Assembly (NCBI GenBank): GCA_036172245.1
Contig: JAYWIR010000012.1
Coordinates: 1,116,001-1,180,000 of the forward strand
Origin: Raillietiella orientalis
Lineage: Eukaryota
Length of the DNA: 64,000 bases
Direction: 5' to 3'
Below the pieces are notes generated by a model. The model did not search any database. It worked only from the letters and a program-made list of their open reading frames with translations, and was not told the origin of the DNA. The translations under genes were made by a program, and so were the position numbers. This document shows positions 21,260 to 34,074 of the stretch, in pieces. How positions within the stretch are numbered: the stretch's first letter is position 1; the number at the start of each line of letters is the position of its first letter.

Positions 21260-23830
21260 TCTCCGCCTTTGCAATTCCGAGACCTGATGGTACAGCAATT
21301 AAGAGGACTCTGTTGTTATTCGAAACATTTACAGTGTCAGCGTCGTTTTAATTTTTCCGTAATTGTCAACGAGTCAAAGAAAAGCATAGGGGAAGAAGAA
21401 AAGGAAAGAAGAAGAAAAAAATAATTGGGGCCGAAACTGAAATGGCGGCTGTTCTGCAGGCGGTTTGTCCGGTTTTATACTCGGCTGCACCACGGTCGTG
21501 CGGATATCATTGGGGCGACAGTTGCGGATTTTCAGAGGACCGTTCTGGGCGGGCGAGAGAAAAGCTTCGGGCCCTTTGATCTGGAATCACGCAGCGCTCC
21601 TTTCAGCTCCCACAATGGAGAGGGATTCCTAGGTTCCTTCGCTCCAGATTTCCCGATTTCTGCACCCCCGTCTGTGCGAGGTGCGGAAAAAAGCTGTCTG
21701 CCGACCGGAGACTCCGGGAGGAAGAGCAGAGCAACCTTGAAAGAATTGCACGTAACGTTTCGGACCCTTTCCCGGCAACAGCTAAGGGTACAGAGGAGAG
21801 TGATGCCGCACTTCCTGGAGCGTCATCCTTCTTCGTTCCCTGATGCGCTCTTGGGGTCGAACACAGTAGGCAAAACGGATGGCAGCGATGGTCAAGAACG
21901 CCTCCCCGTGTAGGAACCTCTCCCAAGGGAGCGCCGCAAAGACGAAGCTGTCTCCAAGAGCCCTTAAAGATTTCCTCAGGTGCTTGCTACAGCGGATGCC
22001 AACTTATTGCCAGTGGGACAATGGCTGCAACGGGAAGCAACGGAAGATCTCTATGACTCATCCACACTTTTCGTGTGACTGCGTACATTGCGGAGTCTGT
22101 TTCCGGATCTGCTTGCTGGGCTGACAAATTGGTTTCGTGCGACCCCGGAACGAGGGAAATGGACCTAGAGAAGGTCCCCGTAGGACCGCGACGTGTCAGT
22201 CTCCTCGCTAAATTCGGCGTGATACGGAGCTCTTCGCTGGCAGCATGCGTCTCCATTTAATTCCCGCGAAGGAGGGAACCGCGTTGCTAGGATGCAGTCA
22301 CGGTGTCGAGGCATGTTTTGATTCGCCTTGCGGAACTCGTAACGAGAAACGACCTCTAATTCTTCCCGAATTTCCCTAATTAGATGGGAAAATCCTGTGC
22401 CGGTTATGATACTGAGAAGGAAGAGCAAGCGAAGACCTCGCCTCTTTCGCTCGATCCAGGTTGTTGCATCACTAAGGACAGATTTTTCGGATGCAGATCG
22501 CAAACGATCTACCTCGAGTAGAGAAACAGGAGTTGCTCATTTCATGCACCATGAGCTTGATGGATCATTTTCTTGGATGTTCTGGGATTCCCGTTTATCA
22601 GCAGCGTGTGCAGTGCCAACGAGGATGCGCTCGGGGACGGAGGAGTAGACGCGTGGATGCTGAAAATTTCAGAGGTGGCAGCTTGAGTTTTCAGAAAGTG
22701 ACTTGAGTCCAAGAACCCTCCTAACTACGCCCTCCCTACAACATAAACGAAACAGCAGCAACAGAAAAGGCGGGAATCTCTTTCAACCCGCTCACGCGCC
22801 CAGTTTGCGTCTGTGAGCTCTCTAGGCACGAGGTCTTGCAAACGCAATTTGCCATGCTTGTGAAAATGCTTTTGAAATGCCATGCTTTTGAAATTGATAG
22901 GAACAACCCTACTGCCGTCTCGACGGCGGTCAAACTCGAGGGATCACAAAATCTGTTCGGACCTCTGCGCTGAAAGAAGGCCCGAGCACTCTTCGTCCTG
23001 CAAGAGTTAAAGCGGATCTGCTTCCGCGAGGGAAGACGGAACAGAAAGTTTGCAGAAACCATCCTTACTTCCTCCTACTCCTTTCCAGAGCACAGATGGA
23101 ACGATGAAGTGTCTTCCAGCGTAGGGAAGGGGGGCGTGGAAATTCCTGGCCCGATGAAGCCAGGAAGAAAAAGAGGAGGATTTGCCTGCCTAAATGGGAG
23201 GCAGCCTGGTCAGGTGATACGCTAGGTAACTCGGGGTCACCAAGCGTGTGGCTTTATAACGGAGGTCGCTGATGGCGCACGAGACTACACTCAAAGACGT
23301 TGCTGAAGACCCGCAGTGGTGGCACGACTTTCTTCGAATCTCCTGGGAAACGTTGCTAGTCCAGGAATTCTTTGGGCATCAGAGAGAGATGGAGTATTCC
23401 TTTCAATTCATCAATTCATCCTTTTCAACCGAGTACAATTCATCCTTTCCAGCCGATGCCTTTCCTTCCTCTTCGACACCGGCGCACCGCTATTTTGCTG
23501 ACGCACTCGTGCCTTGCTCAAAGCGAAGTACCCTCAGCGTAGGGGATTTTCATAGAAAGCTCTCACTCTGAAAGATAACGACCCTTCCAGAATGTGCCTG
23601 GCTGCAGCAGTTTTTGGAGTGCATCATAGAGCCTATCCGACGGCCCCAAGATGTCCGGCACAACCTGCAAAGGATTACTTTCGCCTCTCTGGGTTCCCTT
23701 GCTGGGAATTCCCCGATGAAGCACAGAGAAGTGACGGCCAAAATATGAAAAGGGATCCTCCGTCATCCTGGAGAGGCATTTGACATCGACAACGCATCTA
23801 CGAAAGATGAGGTCAAAAGGACCAAACCGG
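21260..23830 (+). mobile_element. Ty1/copia pol remnant (integrase - RT - RNase H, heavily deleted)
   Basis: Motifs in order: PTYCQWDNGCNGKQR (~PYTPQQNGVAER), REMDLEKVP (~KLD, SH3), FMHHELDGSFSWMFWD (~AMxEELxSLxxNxTWD), VTRGHQA (~TRPDIA), ECAWLQQFL (~ExxWLRxLL), MKHREV (~TKHIDV) and STKDEVKRTKP. Confidence 0.6.
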
Positions 23831-23849
23831 AAGGTGAAATACAAGGACG

Positions 23850-24968
23850 ACCATGATGGACTGGAACTCTGGCGAGTGGCCAAGCTGACCAGGACCAACA
23901 ACTGGATCCTCTGCCGGCCAGCGAACGGTCGTTCCTGGTTGCAGAAAAGCGTTCTCACATGGACCAAGAACAACGAAGCGAGTCCAAGGATGAGGCAGAG
24001 ACTGCTGCACTCCTACAACCGCCTGCTGCAGGATGTCATCGTGCAGCCCACCACATGTGCGTGGGTGCAAAGAACCACTCTAGCCGCAATACTGCCCTTC
24101 CTCAGGGTGCACTTGGGAAGTAACAGCCAGTCAAATAGGAGGTCCGATGTAAGGTCGGTGGAAGAGCGAAAGAATTAGGTGTTTGGACCACGGGCCAGCT
24201 TACGGAGTTTGCGATCCCAAGTAGCCCATCGAAAGGACTTGCGCTGGGATGAGCTGCTGGGAATACCACAGGAGGATCTGGAGTGGTCCCCAGCGCTGAA
24301 GAACAATCGGGTTCTCCCTCTGAAGTAACAGGAGTCGGCAATTCTGCTGTCGCACTGGGGTAACCCGTGCAACGCCCGCCACTCTCACTGGACCCGGAGT
24401 GCTGCGGACCTCAACTGTTGCAGGTGTAGGGAACAAGAATCCCTCCCGCACTTGCTTGTAAACTGCGTTGTCCCCGGCTCCTGTGGTTGCCTTAGGCAAC
24501 GGCCCTTGGTGCACCGACCGACGTGATAAAGCGCCTCATCGTGCGCAATGCCTTTTCGCCTGCCGTATCCCTAGCAGCTGTTTGCTGCCTACTGGGACTG
24601 TGGCGGCATGGAACTACGCGAGCTGGGGACGGCGCGACAGGGACGCCATCTGCTTCTCCTTGAGCTCCATGAGGACGACAGCTAGATAGTCCCATCTGGG
24701 ACGCACTCGGATGAAACTTGCCGGCATCCTGAAAAGGATGCAGAGCACGCTCTCCAGCAGACAGTGATCCCTTCCCTAACCCTCCAAGTTTTTTGTATAT
24801 ATTTTTTGTTTTGTTTTTATTTCTGTTTGCCCCTCTCCTCCGCTGCCGAGAAGAACCTCTCCAGCCTATGTGCTGGTTCCTCGGCAGGTTCCAAGCATTT
24901 TTGGACAATCGATGTACGCATGATGTTTATTTTTTATAATAAACGCCCTGGCGTGACCGGGTGATAAA
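23850..24968 (+). mobile_element. LINE family B copy 3 (3' part)
   Basis: Motif PLK*QESAILLSHWGNPCNAR...NCCRCREQESLPHLLVNC. The family B 3' UTR and terminal hairpin (24938-24968) are present. Confidence 0.8.
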
Positions 24969-25149
24969 CCATGGTCATGTGGATTGAAACCAGGGGCCGA
25001 CACTCCTCCCGTATCTGCCAAACGCAAACAGGGAATCACCATCAGGTTAGTCGATCCCACATTTATATACTTTCTGGCCCTCTTTCCTTTCTGTCTTGCG
25101 TGAGTTTCTGTCTGAATCGTCTTGGGCTCACACAACCCGGCCCGAAACG

Positions 25150-27000
25150 GACAGACTGCCTTCGCGTAAATTTTGTTTACTCTTTTTAAGTAAATGACCT
25201 GACAAACCAGGATGAGGAGGTCACGCCATGGTGTTTGTTTGCATAGGTACACGGACGTGAATCGAAAAGTGGTTGGTTTCTACCTCTGTGTCGGATCTTT
25301 TCGGCGCGAGATCTGCTGACTCGTCGACAGCCTGCGAAGGAACTGGTGCGAAAGAGGGGGCAGCAAGATGGAAGAATGAAAAGCAAATGAACGACAACAA
25401 GGAAGGAATGGCTGCTGGACCGATCCACGTCCCCTACAGTCCGTTTGCAACCCTGAAGGCGTCTTCCCTTGCTCTGCTGTCTCTGCTGTCCAAGTGAGAA
25501 GCCACTTGACCGCTCTCTGCAGCGCGGAGGAGGTCATGCCGCTTAATGATCCAACTCCGTCGCATGCTGCCGTGGTTTTGAGGGCACTGCAGCAGACGGG
25601 AGTCCGTCTTGAATAGAGAAGAGAGACAGCAACGTCCTCGAGTCTTTTGGGTAAGGCGGCTAGGAGTTGTGACTGCTCTCGAGGACAACACCTCCAGCTT
25701 CTTCGAGGAGAAGGAACTTTGCCTTCTCTGAGCGCCTCTTAAACTTTACACTTTCTCACAGAGAGCAAGGGATGGGGTTGTTGTCTTCAGTGACATCATA
25801 ATTCGATCTCGTCCACTGTGAACGAAAGAGTGGGTGCAGACTGAGTCTAAAAGGGTTTTTTCCTCCACCCAGTCATCCTGCTTGGACACCCTCTCCAGGA
25901 ATTAAAGGTCGCACATTCCGGCTAAAGGCATCCGCCCCCCCTCCTTCTCAGCGCTACTAGGTCGAAAGATGCTGGTTGGATCATCCATAATTCGAAGTTT
26001 TTCCAGCGGGTGATCTCACTCCAGCGTTTTCCACTCTGCTGAGATAGCACTGGAATCTTTGAGGCGCTTTCTCTTTCTTTCCCTTTCAGATCGACCCTCG
26101 GACCGCACGCTGCTGCTGCTGAAATTTCTTCCTGGCTGGTCTCCTGCGGGGGCTCCGGGATGGATCTGAGCGCCTTCTTTGACTTCTTGAGTGCCCAAGA
26201 GTACGAAGGAAGCATCCTGCCAGGAAGGAAGCATCCTTGCAGCCGCCTCTTGCTCTGACCAGGACTTTGAGGCTCGAAGGAAGCGTCAGCAAGAGTTCTG
26301 TGCCGTTTGAGAGGCACGGCAGAGGCATCCGCGGTCTTCCGGAGTCTGAAGGAAGCATGTATTTTGAGGGAGACAAGCGAAAGATCCGTCCATTCCGCGT
26401 CAGCGCGGCTTCGTTGCTCTCGCCTTTGGCCGTCTGGGGCGCTGTCGTTTCAATCGCAACAAAGGTCCTTTCTTGGTTTCTAGGAAACTATCTGAATCTT
26501 AGAATCCCGTCACTGGCCCTCTGTTCATTCCAAGGGGATTCTCTTGTCCTCACTTTCCTACCGCAACAAAGTCAGTTGGTCACTTGCATCTTCCAGGGTT
26601 CGTGTCAGGGATCTTGCAGGGATACATGGGTTCGACTTCAGGGATCCCCAATTTCTGAATGAAGGCGGATATAAGGCACTTGGGGAAGACAAAGGGAAGC
26701 GGCTCTTCGGAGTCCGGAGCGACACTTGGGGCGCTATACGTCGCCATGAGACCTCTGGACTTGGGCGTGAGACTTAGAAGGCTGCAGACTCCTGCGCTCT
26801 GGAGCGGGCGCCAGTTCCGGTTCAACCATGGCCACGTCGCTTTACTGCTCCTCCCCCCTCTTCCGGGAAGAAGAGAGAGAATCAGCTTGGAGTGACCTCG
26901 CAGAACTTTGACTTTCTTGGAGACGGTCGAAAGGTCCGGCAATGACTCTTCTCGAGGGCGATTGGACCTGGAGCCACACCTGCAAGAGGAACTTCGTCAG
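25150..27000 (-). mobile_element. Probable LINE 5' part (ORF1 remnant and APE endonuclease)
   Basis: Motifs SRNVRPL (~SWNVRGL, ~25910), IMMSLKT (~LQET), AGGVVL (~SxGVAIL) and QCPQNHGSMRRSW (~YAPxxxxxRxxFW). The ORF1 assignment of 25950-27000 rests on position only. Confidence 0.4.
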
Positions 27001-28549
27001 ACCCGCGAGTTGAGGCGATGGTCAACCATGATCTTGTAGCTCCAGCCTGTCAATTCCTCTTTGGAAGACTCTTGGCTGTCAGGCGAGAGAGCGATGCCTT
27101 CTTCCCTGGAGGCAGGACCTTCACTCATCCGGACGAGGACGGAGGGGTGGAGGAGCTCATGGAATACGACTCATCCTCCTCCCCCTCCTCCACGCATGGG
27201 ACTACGACAGCTTATCTCTTCTGTGGACGCCGGGCAGATTCGGCGATCTCCCCTGAGAGCATTTGGAAGGGAGGAGGAGGGAGAAGAAGGCTCAGTCAGA
27301 GAGAAGGGGTGCGGGACACCGCCGGCTTGCGGGCCGGAGCGGGTCGGATGGCAGGCCGGGACTCTTCTAGGAACGCATGGACTCGCGAGTTCTCCCGGCG
27401 TCAGCCGGAGGAGGCGTCGCGTCTCGCGGGCATCGAGCTCCGGCTCCCTAAGCAAGCGCCAGGGGGGGAGAGGCGAAGGGGAGAAGCTGGTCTCATAAGT
27501 ACCGTCCATCTCTTCTTCCCGGGGTTCCAGCAGAGTAGCCGGTGCTCGGAGTGGTGACAGCCTCGGCGTCTTCTGGGTCCAGAGGCGAAGGAGCTCCAGG
27601 ACGGAAGGGGGAAAGGAAATTTGTAGGTCAGGAAGATGTTCTTCTAGAGGAAGTTCGGGCTGACCACGACTCCTCTTCCCTGCCGGTCCCAGTGAGGAGC
27701 AGGGAGGTATTGTTTTTTCCGGCTCCGTGGCAGCTGCCTCTGGAACCGGAAAGGGCGAAAGAAGGTCGTCATCTCCTCGAGATCTCCCGTGCAGCCACCC
27801 CTGTGCGTTCCCCAAATGCCTTTCCAAGGCAATGGAGCCGGTTGTAGGGCTACTCCGGCACATCAGCGCCTGCGGCTGGTCTCCTACGAGGTGCAAGGGG
27901 TGCCCTGGCAGGTGACCTTCGGCAATCGAAGTCCACGGCTTCCACTCTCACTCCGAGGAGAAGAGCGGAGCTCCGCCCACTTCTCTCTTCCTTCTGCCCT
28001 CAGAGCCCCCCAGCCTCTCTCGCTGATTCCGCGTGCCGCTCGGCAGCCGCGGGTACCGAGCGCGCTGGGAGTTGGCGCCCCATCAATCAGCTCCTCACCC
28101 CTCCGCCCCGCCGGGAAGCATCCGATCTCCCCAATGAGTCCGCTGATTGATCTCACGAGGAGGAATCCCCACGAATCCTCCGTGACGAGATGAGGGGTTT
28201 GCTGGACCGGCAGCCGCCCTTCGCCTCCCGCGGGACGCGCCCTGTTCGTCCGGCACAGGGCGCCGCGCGGAACGAAAGCGCGGAAGGGCGCTGTTCATCT
28301 TCCAAATGGTGCCTTCTGGACCGGAACTCCCGGCACGGCTTGCAGACGAGGATCCGGTGGTTGGGGGTTCTTCCCACCCTTCCCGCAGTTTTCTCCTCGG
28401 TCTTTTCAGTAGTGGGTCGCCGCCACTCGGGGAATAGCGGGACCGGGAGGGGAAGGTGACCTCGACCGTTCCACAGGAACTCTGATGATGACGGCAATTA
28501 GGGCTCGCTCTTCCCGGACATAGCTGAGGGAACAGTCCGTACCTAGGGG

Positions 28550-30150
28550 GTACGACCTCTTGGCGCTTCCTTCTCATCCCAGAGAGGAGTGAAGAGGAGA
28601 AATAGAGAATGAGCATGAACCCGCCACCTCATGGCACCTTGCACGACTCCCGAGGGCAAGGAAGAAACGAGGTGAGGGAGGAGGACGGGTTCCTTCCGTC
28701 TACCCACTATCGTCCGAGGGGTCCCCTGTAACCCAGGCCCTCCTCACGCGGGAGATGGCGGTCACATATGGCTCCCGTTTCAGCTGTTAACGCTCCCTGA
28801 ATGTAACAGGAGGTGGCCAGAAGGAGAGCTTGGAAAAGTGGCCAGCCTCTCTCCCCCAGCGAGTCGGAGAAGACCACGGTGAGAACCGAGCAGCCCCTGA
28901 GACGCACATCGCGCCAGAAGCGCGTGAGGCGGCCACTCTGTTTGGGCGCCGTCCTCACTGGTATGCGAAGGCGTTCCTGACTTCAGGGGTGTCAGTGTGC
29001 CAGCGAATGGCGGGTTGCAGGCAACGTGGGGCGAAGAGCGAGCTGGTAAGTCCCGAGACCTCGATGTTTGAGATGGAGTTCGCGAGAGCCCCTCAGGGAT
29101 GTTCTGAGGGTGCCGAGAGAGGTCTTCTGGCGAGACGTCCTTCGCGGGCTGAGGTACTTTTTGCTGAGAGATGGGCTTGGCAGCCACTGCAGAAGGGCAG
29201 TTCAACGATCTTCAGGGCTACGCATCTGTTCATCATCCCTCCCACGCAGGGACCCAAGCACGGAGTCCCGAGCAGTTTCAGAACCGGAACCCGGGAAGCA
29301 GACAAGCGTTCTCGACGATCTTTCTGAGGGCAATTCGCTTGAGGGATGCTGATGGTGCCACTGCTGTGGAGGGATGGACTTTCCAGGAGCCTCCGCGATC
29401 CCACCTATTCCCTCCTCCACAGGTTCCTGTCGAGCGGGCAGCGGAAAGCCCACTTAATGGGAATGGTCTTCTCTATCTACGAGGCAGTGGTGCAGAGAGA
29501 GCATCTCGTGCTCTCCCGTGATTGCGTGGGAGGATGGACGCAAGTCCTTCGCAACTTCCTGTATCCCTCATGAGGGTGCCTTTCTAGCCGATCTGAAAGA
29601 ACTGTGGGTCCACGGGACGCTCCTTCGGAGGATCCAAGCTTGTCGAGGGGTAGGACGAGTAGGAAGAGAGGCCAAAGGCAAGAAGCAACGAGGGTCGCAG
29701 TGAGAGGAGAGGAAGAGAACGAGTTGTGGTGGAATCTCTGTGCAAAAATGGGACTGTCTGATCCGTAGGACTGCTCCGTTGCAGCAGAGGATTTCCTTCA
29801 CTGCAATGGGATTGGAGGTTGACTAGAGATTGAGGAAAGGAGGGAGGTAGCACTTGTTCTGGGAGCCCCGAGAATTGCGGGAGATGATATGCGCTGGCCG
29901 GAGGATCGACTGCTATCAGAACGTGCCAGGCGCCGCCTAGAAGAGAGATCCTGGATCCGCATTCTTGAGCGAGACTGGAAATCCGGGACTTCCTCTTCGG
30001 GAACGCGGCCAGGCCGAACGGAAGACGCTGCAGGCGGCTTTGCACCGGGCAGCGCCAGAGACCACTCGGCACGGAAACGATCCCAGAGGCGGAAAAAGCG
30101 AGACCGAAGTGCCCGTTGCCATTGAAGAGGGAAGGTCTCCAGCCCCAGAG
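28550..30150 (+). mobile_element. DIRS-like retrotransposon RT - RNase H - methyltransferase-like remnant
   Basis: Motifs in order: FLLIPERSEEEK*RM (~FxVPK...KxR), WYAKAFL (~YLDDFL), AKSELVSP (~EKSxLxP), LLWRDG...LHRFLSSGQRKAHL (~WNG...TDASxxGWGAHL), DWRL, WEPRE (~WGP) and NPG (~NPP). Confidence 0.6.
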
Positions 30151-30329
30151 ACCGGCACAGGAGGAAGGGAACTGCAACTGCTGCTGAATACTGTTGTGCA
30201 GGAGGAAGATAGAGCAATGCTTCTTTAGAGTCGAGCATCAGTTCAGGGGAGGGAAAACAGAGGCAGGAGAGACCCGAAGGAATCGGAGAGGGCGTAAAGC
30301 TATCTCGGAAACGGGATGCTAAGGAGGAA

Positions 30330-31150
30330 GTGCGGGAGATGGGCAAACTGTTTTTCGTGCTCCAGCGTGTGGATCAGAGAAGATTCCATACGCGCTGAAG
30401 GAGGAGGCCTCGTCATGAAAGCGATGGGTCAGAACGGCCGCCTCGAGATTTTTTCATCTCTCAGCATCGCTGTTCATGCACCACGCTCATTTGTGGAGGA
30501 GAAGCATCCGTTCCAGTGTCGGATGAGAGGATTCAGTCTGGTTGATCTTCGGTGTGGATGGGTCGAATCATCCTAACGAATGCGGAAGGTCATCCGTTCG
30601 GTCCTGGAGATGCAACCCAGCGGCTCTTCGAATCAGCAGAGGGGGCTTTATATTGACCCCTGGCTGAATGTCCTCTTCAGCCTCCTTCAGGATCTTTCCG
30701 AGAGCGAAGACTGCTGCGTCTTCTGTTCAGAGTTGAAGAAGCATCTTGGCATCGGAGCTTCTGCTCCACTTGCGTTCTTTCCGGTACCTCTTTCGTCCTC
30801 GGCGGAGTAGAGACAACTATTCTTAGCCTTTCCCGGTGATGTCACCATCGTGGTGGGTTTGGTTCTTGCCTCGGGGTACGGTAGGTTCCAGTGCCCAGCG
30901 CTCACCTCCAGCGTTCCAGGCAACGTTCTGGCCACGTCTCTCGAGATGAGTAGCTCATTAGGCGCGGATAGGCTGGATCTAGAGTGTTCCAAGGAGAGGT
31001 CCCAGAAATCCTTCGGAGAGGCTTCCTTGGTGTCTTTCGTTGAAATCTGTGTGTTCTTTTGTCTCCTTCCCAGCATGAGAGAGCCGCCGGCGCTGCAGAA
31101 GGAGGCTGAAGGGCAAAGCGAAAGCGCCGATCCGGAGATCCAGTGAGAAC
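30330..31150 (-). mobile_element. hAT transposase remnant, copy 1
   Basis: Motifs SAPNE (~TDxAxNM), LPYPEA (~PCxAH), FFNSEQK and ADSKSRWVAS (~DxxTRWxS). 30835-31060 is homologous to 32455-32670. Confidence 0.6.
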
Positions 31151-32049
31151 TCATCTTTGCTTCCTGAAGGTTCGGAAAGAATCCTAACGAGAGGATCGGA
31201 AAGTGTGGAGGCTCCAGAAAGTCCGAGCGGGGAATTCTGAGGATCAAGTAGCAGGAGGAACAAAGGATTCTGTAAGACGGAAGAGCGGAGGCAGGTGACG
31301 CAAGCGCAAGACGAAGAGAAGGCCGCCGCGGCGGCGCCAGCAGCGGACGTCGCGAGCGCCGCCGTTTGCGCGCAGAGTCCGGCACCATCCTTTCCCGAGC
31401 CTCCTTCCAGTACCGAGGGAAGGAAAATCTGAGAACTTTGCTGGGAAACCTGCAGTCCAGGACTCGGTCCAGCGACGTTCCACGTCTTCGGATGCTTCGC
31501 CTTGCAGAAAACGGGATCGAATGAGGGAGGGGATTTCCACAGGAGGGGACGGCGCAAGGATCCCGTCCGCTCTCCGGATGCTCCGCTGCTTGGGGTCCCT
31601 CCATGATAGTTGCCACCACTCGTTTCTCCGTTCGAAATATTTTCCACGTCCAGAGATCCACAGAGTGAGGGGGAGAGAGGAGGCAGAAGAATAGGGAGGA
31701 GAGGAAATCGAATGTTTGTGCATCAAGCATATGTGTGTGTGCGGGTGTATGCGCACGCGCGTCCCCTGACTTTTTACTGATTACCGAAATCAATTTGGAG
31801 CCCATCGGTCTAATCTCCCAGCGCCGCGGGCTGATCTCTTTGCATTTTTCGATTCCTCCAGAAATTGAGTGCTCACTTGAATCCACTGCAAGCCTTGGGA
31901 GAGCCTCATTATCCCCAAATAGATGAAACCGATTGCAGGATATGAGGAGCCGTGCTATCTGCTGGGATGATTTATCGGGTGACGCGCTTTCCTGTGTCTC
32001 CTCGCTGCGCTCTTAATTTGTTTTCATTAAGGGACCCGCGCATCCTGAT

Positions 32050-33520
32050 GACGCAAATGACGTCCCGAGCACGGATTAGCCAGGCATCAAATTGTCGGCC
32101 CGAAACGCTGACACTCGAAAGAGCTAGCTCCTTCGTGCGGGACGACGAATCGCTGCCAGGATGCGGTAACCCTCACAACAGAGGAAGTGCGGGAACGCAT
32201 CTCCGCCAGCTGAGAGTTGCGGCTGCGCTGTCCGTGGACGTGGAGGCACGGCGAACGGAATTCCGAGATCTCCCCGAGGCGAATCGATTCGGTTATCGTG
32301 CCCCGGGAGCGCAACCCCTATGCGGCGAAGAGCGCGACACGGCCTGGAGAACTGACCGCAGACAGTGGATGGCGCAGGCGTCACCGGAGACAACACCTCT
32401 CATGACAACACCTCTTTTCCGGGTGGCATCACCCGGAAAAGGCTAGAAATCAAAGCTGATGACACCATTGTGGTGGATTCCTTTGTTGCCTCGGGGCACG
32501 GAAAGGTCCTAGCACACACCTCTCACTTCCAAGCAATGTTTTGGCTGCGCCTCCCGAGATGAGTAGGTCATTAGGCGCGGACAGGCGAAGACCTAGACTG
32601 TTCCAAAGAGGAGTCTCAGCAATCTTCCCGAATCGGTGCCACTCGTTGAAATCTGCGTGCCGTTTTTGTACAATGCTAAAGAGGAATTTCTTGAGTGGGT
32701 GCAGATCTCTCGACATCTTCCTTTCACACGAATGCATACTTAACAATGATGCATTCCGTGACCGATTCATCGACGCATCGGTGCTCGCTGAAGTCGGCGG
32801 ATGCAAACCTGGACCCTTGCCTCCATAGAAATCTCGAAAATAGCTCGCTCAGATGAAGAAGGAAATTGAGAATGCATGCGCAAAGGAGAAGGCTAAGGTG
32901 GAGTTTCGTGAAGGCTCAGACACTCTCATCAAATACCTGGGATGCCCGTAAACTGCATGCAGCTTCTCTAGGAAAAATAAATTGGAAGATCCGTCCGGTA
33001 AGTGCCGCATCGGGAGAATCCATCAAGGCGAAAAACCCAATGGGAAGATGGATAGCTGCCGCGATTCGTCCCACAGATTGACTCGCTCCCTCAGCGACGA
33101 GCTCATTGGACCGATTTCGGATTCGCCTCGCAAGGTCTGTTGTTCCTTGGGTCACTTCTTGGCGGTCCTCAGGTCTTCGGTAGCCACCTCCGGATGCATC
33201 TGCGCGAAAGCGCCATCGCTTTGGGAACCGAAGAGACCTCGTGACCTTCAGGAACCTTCCGTAAAAGAAGAAAGGGAACATTTTGCTAAAAGATTGCTGG
33301 AGAGATGTCCTGAGATGGAACAAGTACCAAACCTTCTCCATGGAAAAAGTGTACGCATGCATGAGGGTGCTTGGATGTTCCTCGCGAATGTCGTCTGGAT
33401 GCAGAGTGGGCAAAAAGCACGAACGGAGGGAAGCGCGAACACTGCCCCAGAGTGGGGATGCACTCTCCCACAGGACGTGGACACTCTGGAACTCTTGGAC
33501 ATGTTGAGGACAACGAAACA
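32050..33520 (-). mobile_element. hAT transposase remnant, copy 2 (BED finger to catalytic region)
   Basis: Motifs SPLWGSV...STLMH (BED-like), IAAAIHLPIGFFALMDSP (~LPFxxVExP), SASTDAS (~SxTTDxW), DFNEWHRFGKIAE (~HTGxxIA), SAPND and PCPEA. Confidence 0.6.
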
Positions 33521-34074
33521 AACACCACCTAGCAGAGTGACCGTTCTCTGCTCAGCCAGACGTTGGCCGTGATGCTTCGCGGGTTTCTCGATTGCTCGGG
33601 GTGGTTTTGAAATCGTACCCTGCATTTCGGTGATGGTGGCTCGCCTCCTCCCTGCACCTTGGCTTCCCCATGTGCTTGTGTCACCAGGAACGGACAGTTA
33701 TTCTCAGGTAGACCTCACAACAAGAGATGATCCGCTCTGCGCTGTCACTATCAGTATTTGCAGTTTTCGCCCAGGAGTTCTGCCCTCAGAGTTCGCCATT
33801 CTTCTCGTGCCATTTTTCCCGGGTTGCTCCCAGCCGGAGCGGTGATCGCTTCGCCTCGCAACCGGGTCTCTGAAATCTGGCCTACCATCTGTTTCCGGAT
33901 CTCCCATCTTCTGTTCTTTTGCGGGAGCATCCAAAATTTTTAGCTCACCATGGGAATCACAGGGCAGAGTGTGGCTTCTTCCACGTGAGCCGAACAGCTA
34001 GAGGAGTTTCCAAAGCTGGCAGCCGCGAGTTTAACGATCCCACCATTGCGGCACTTGAATAGCCCAATCACATT

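Noticed and set aside
23272..23571. DIRS RNase H (QWWHDFL)
   Set aside because: Flanking motifs fit copia RT/RNase H in the correct order.
30687..31886. Longest ORF (399 aa) as an intact gene
   Set aside because: Its composition is heterogeneous, only the last third has hAT-like motifs, and these switch frames. It is a chance read-through across several remnants.
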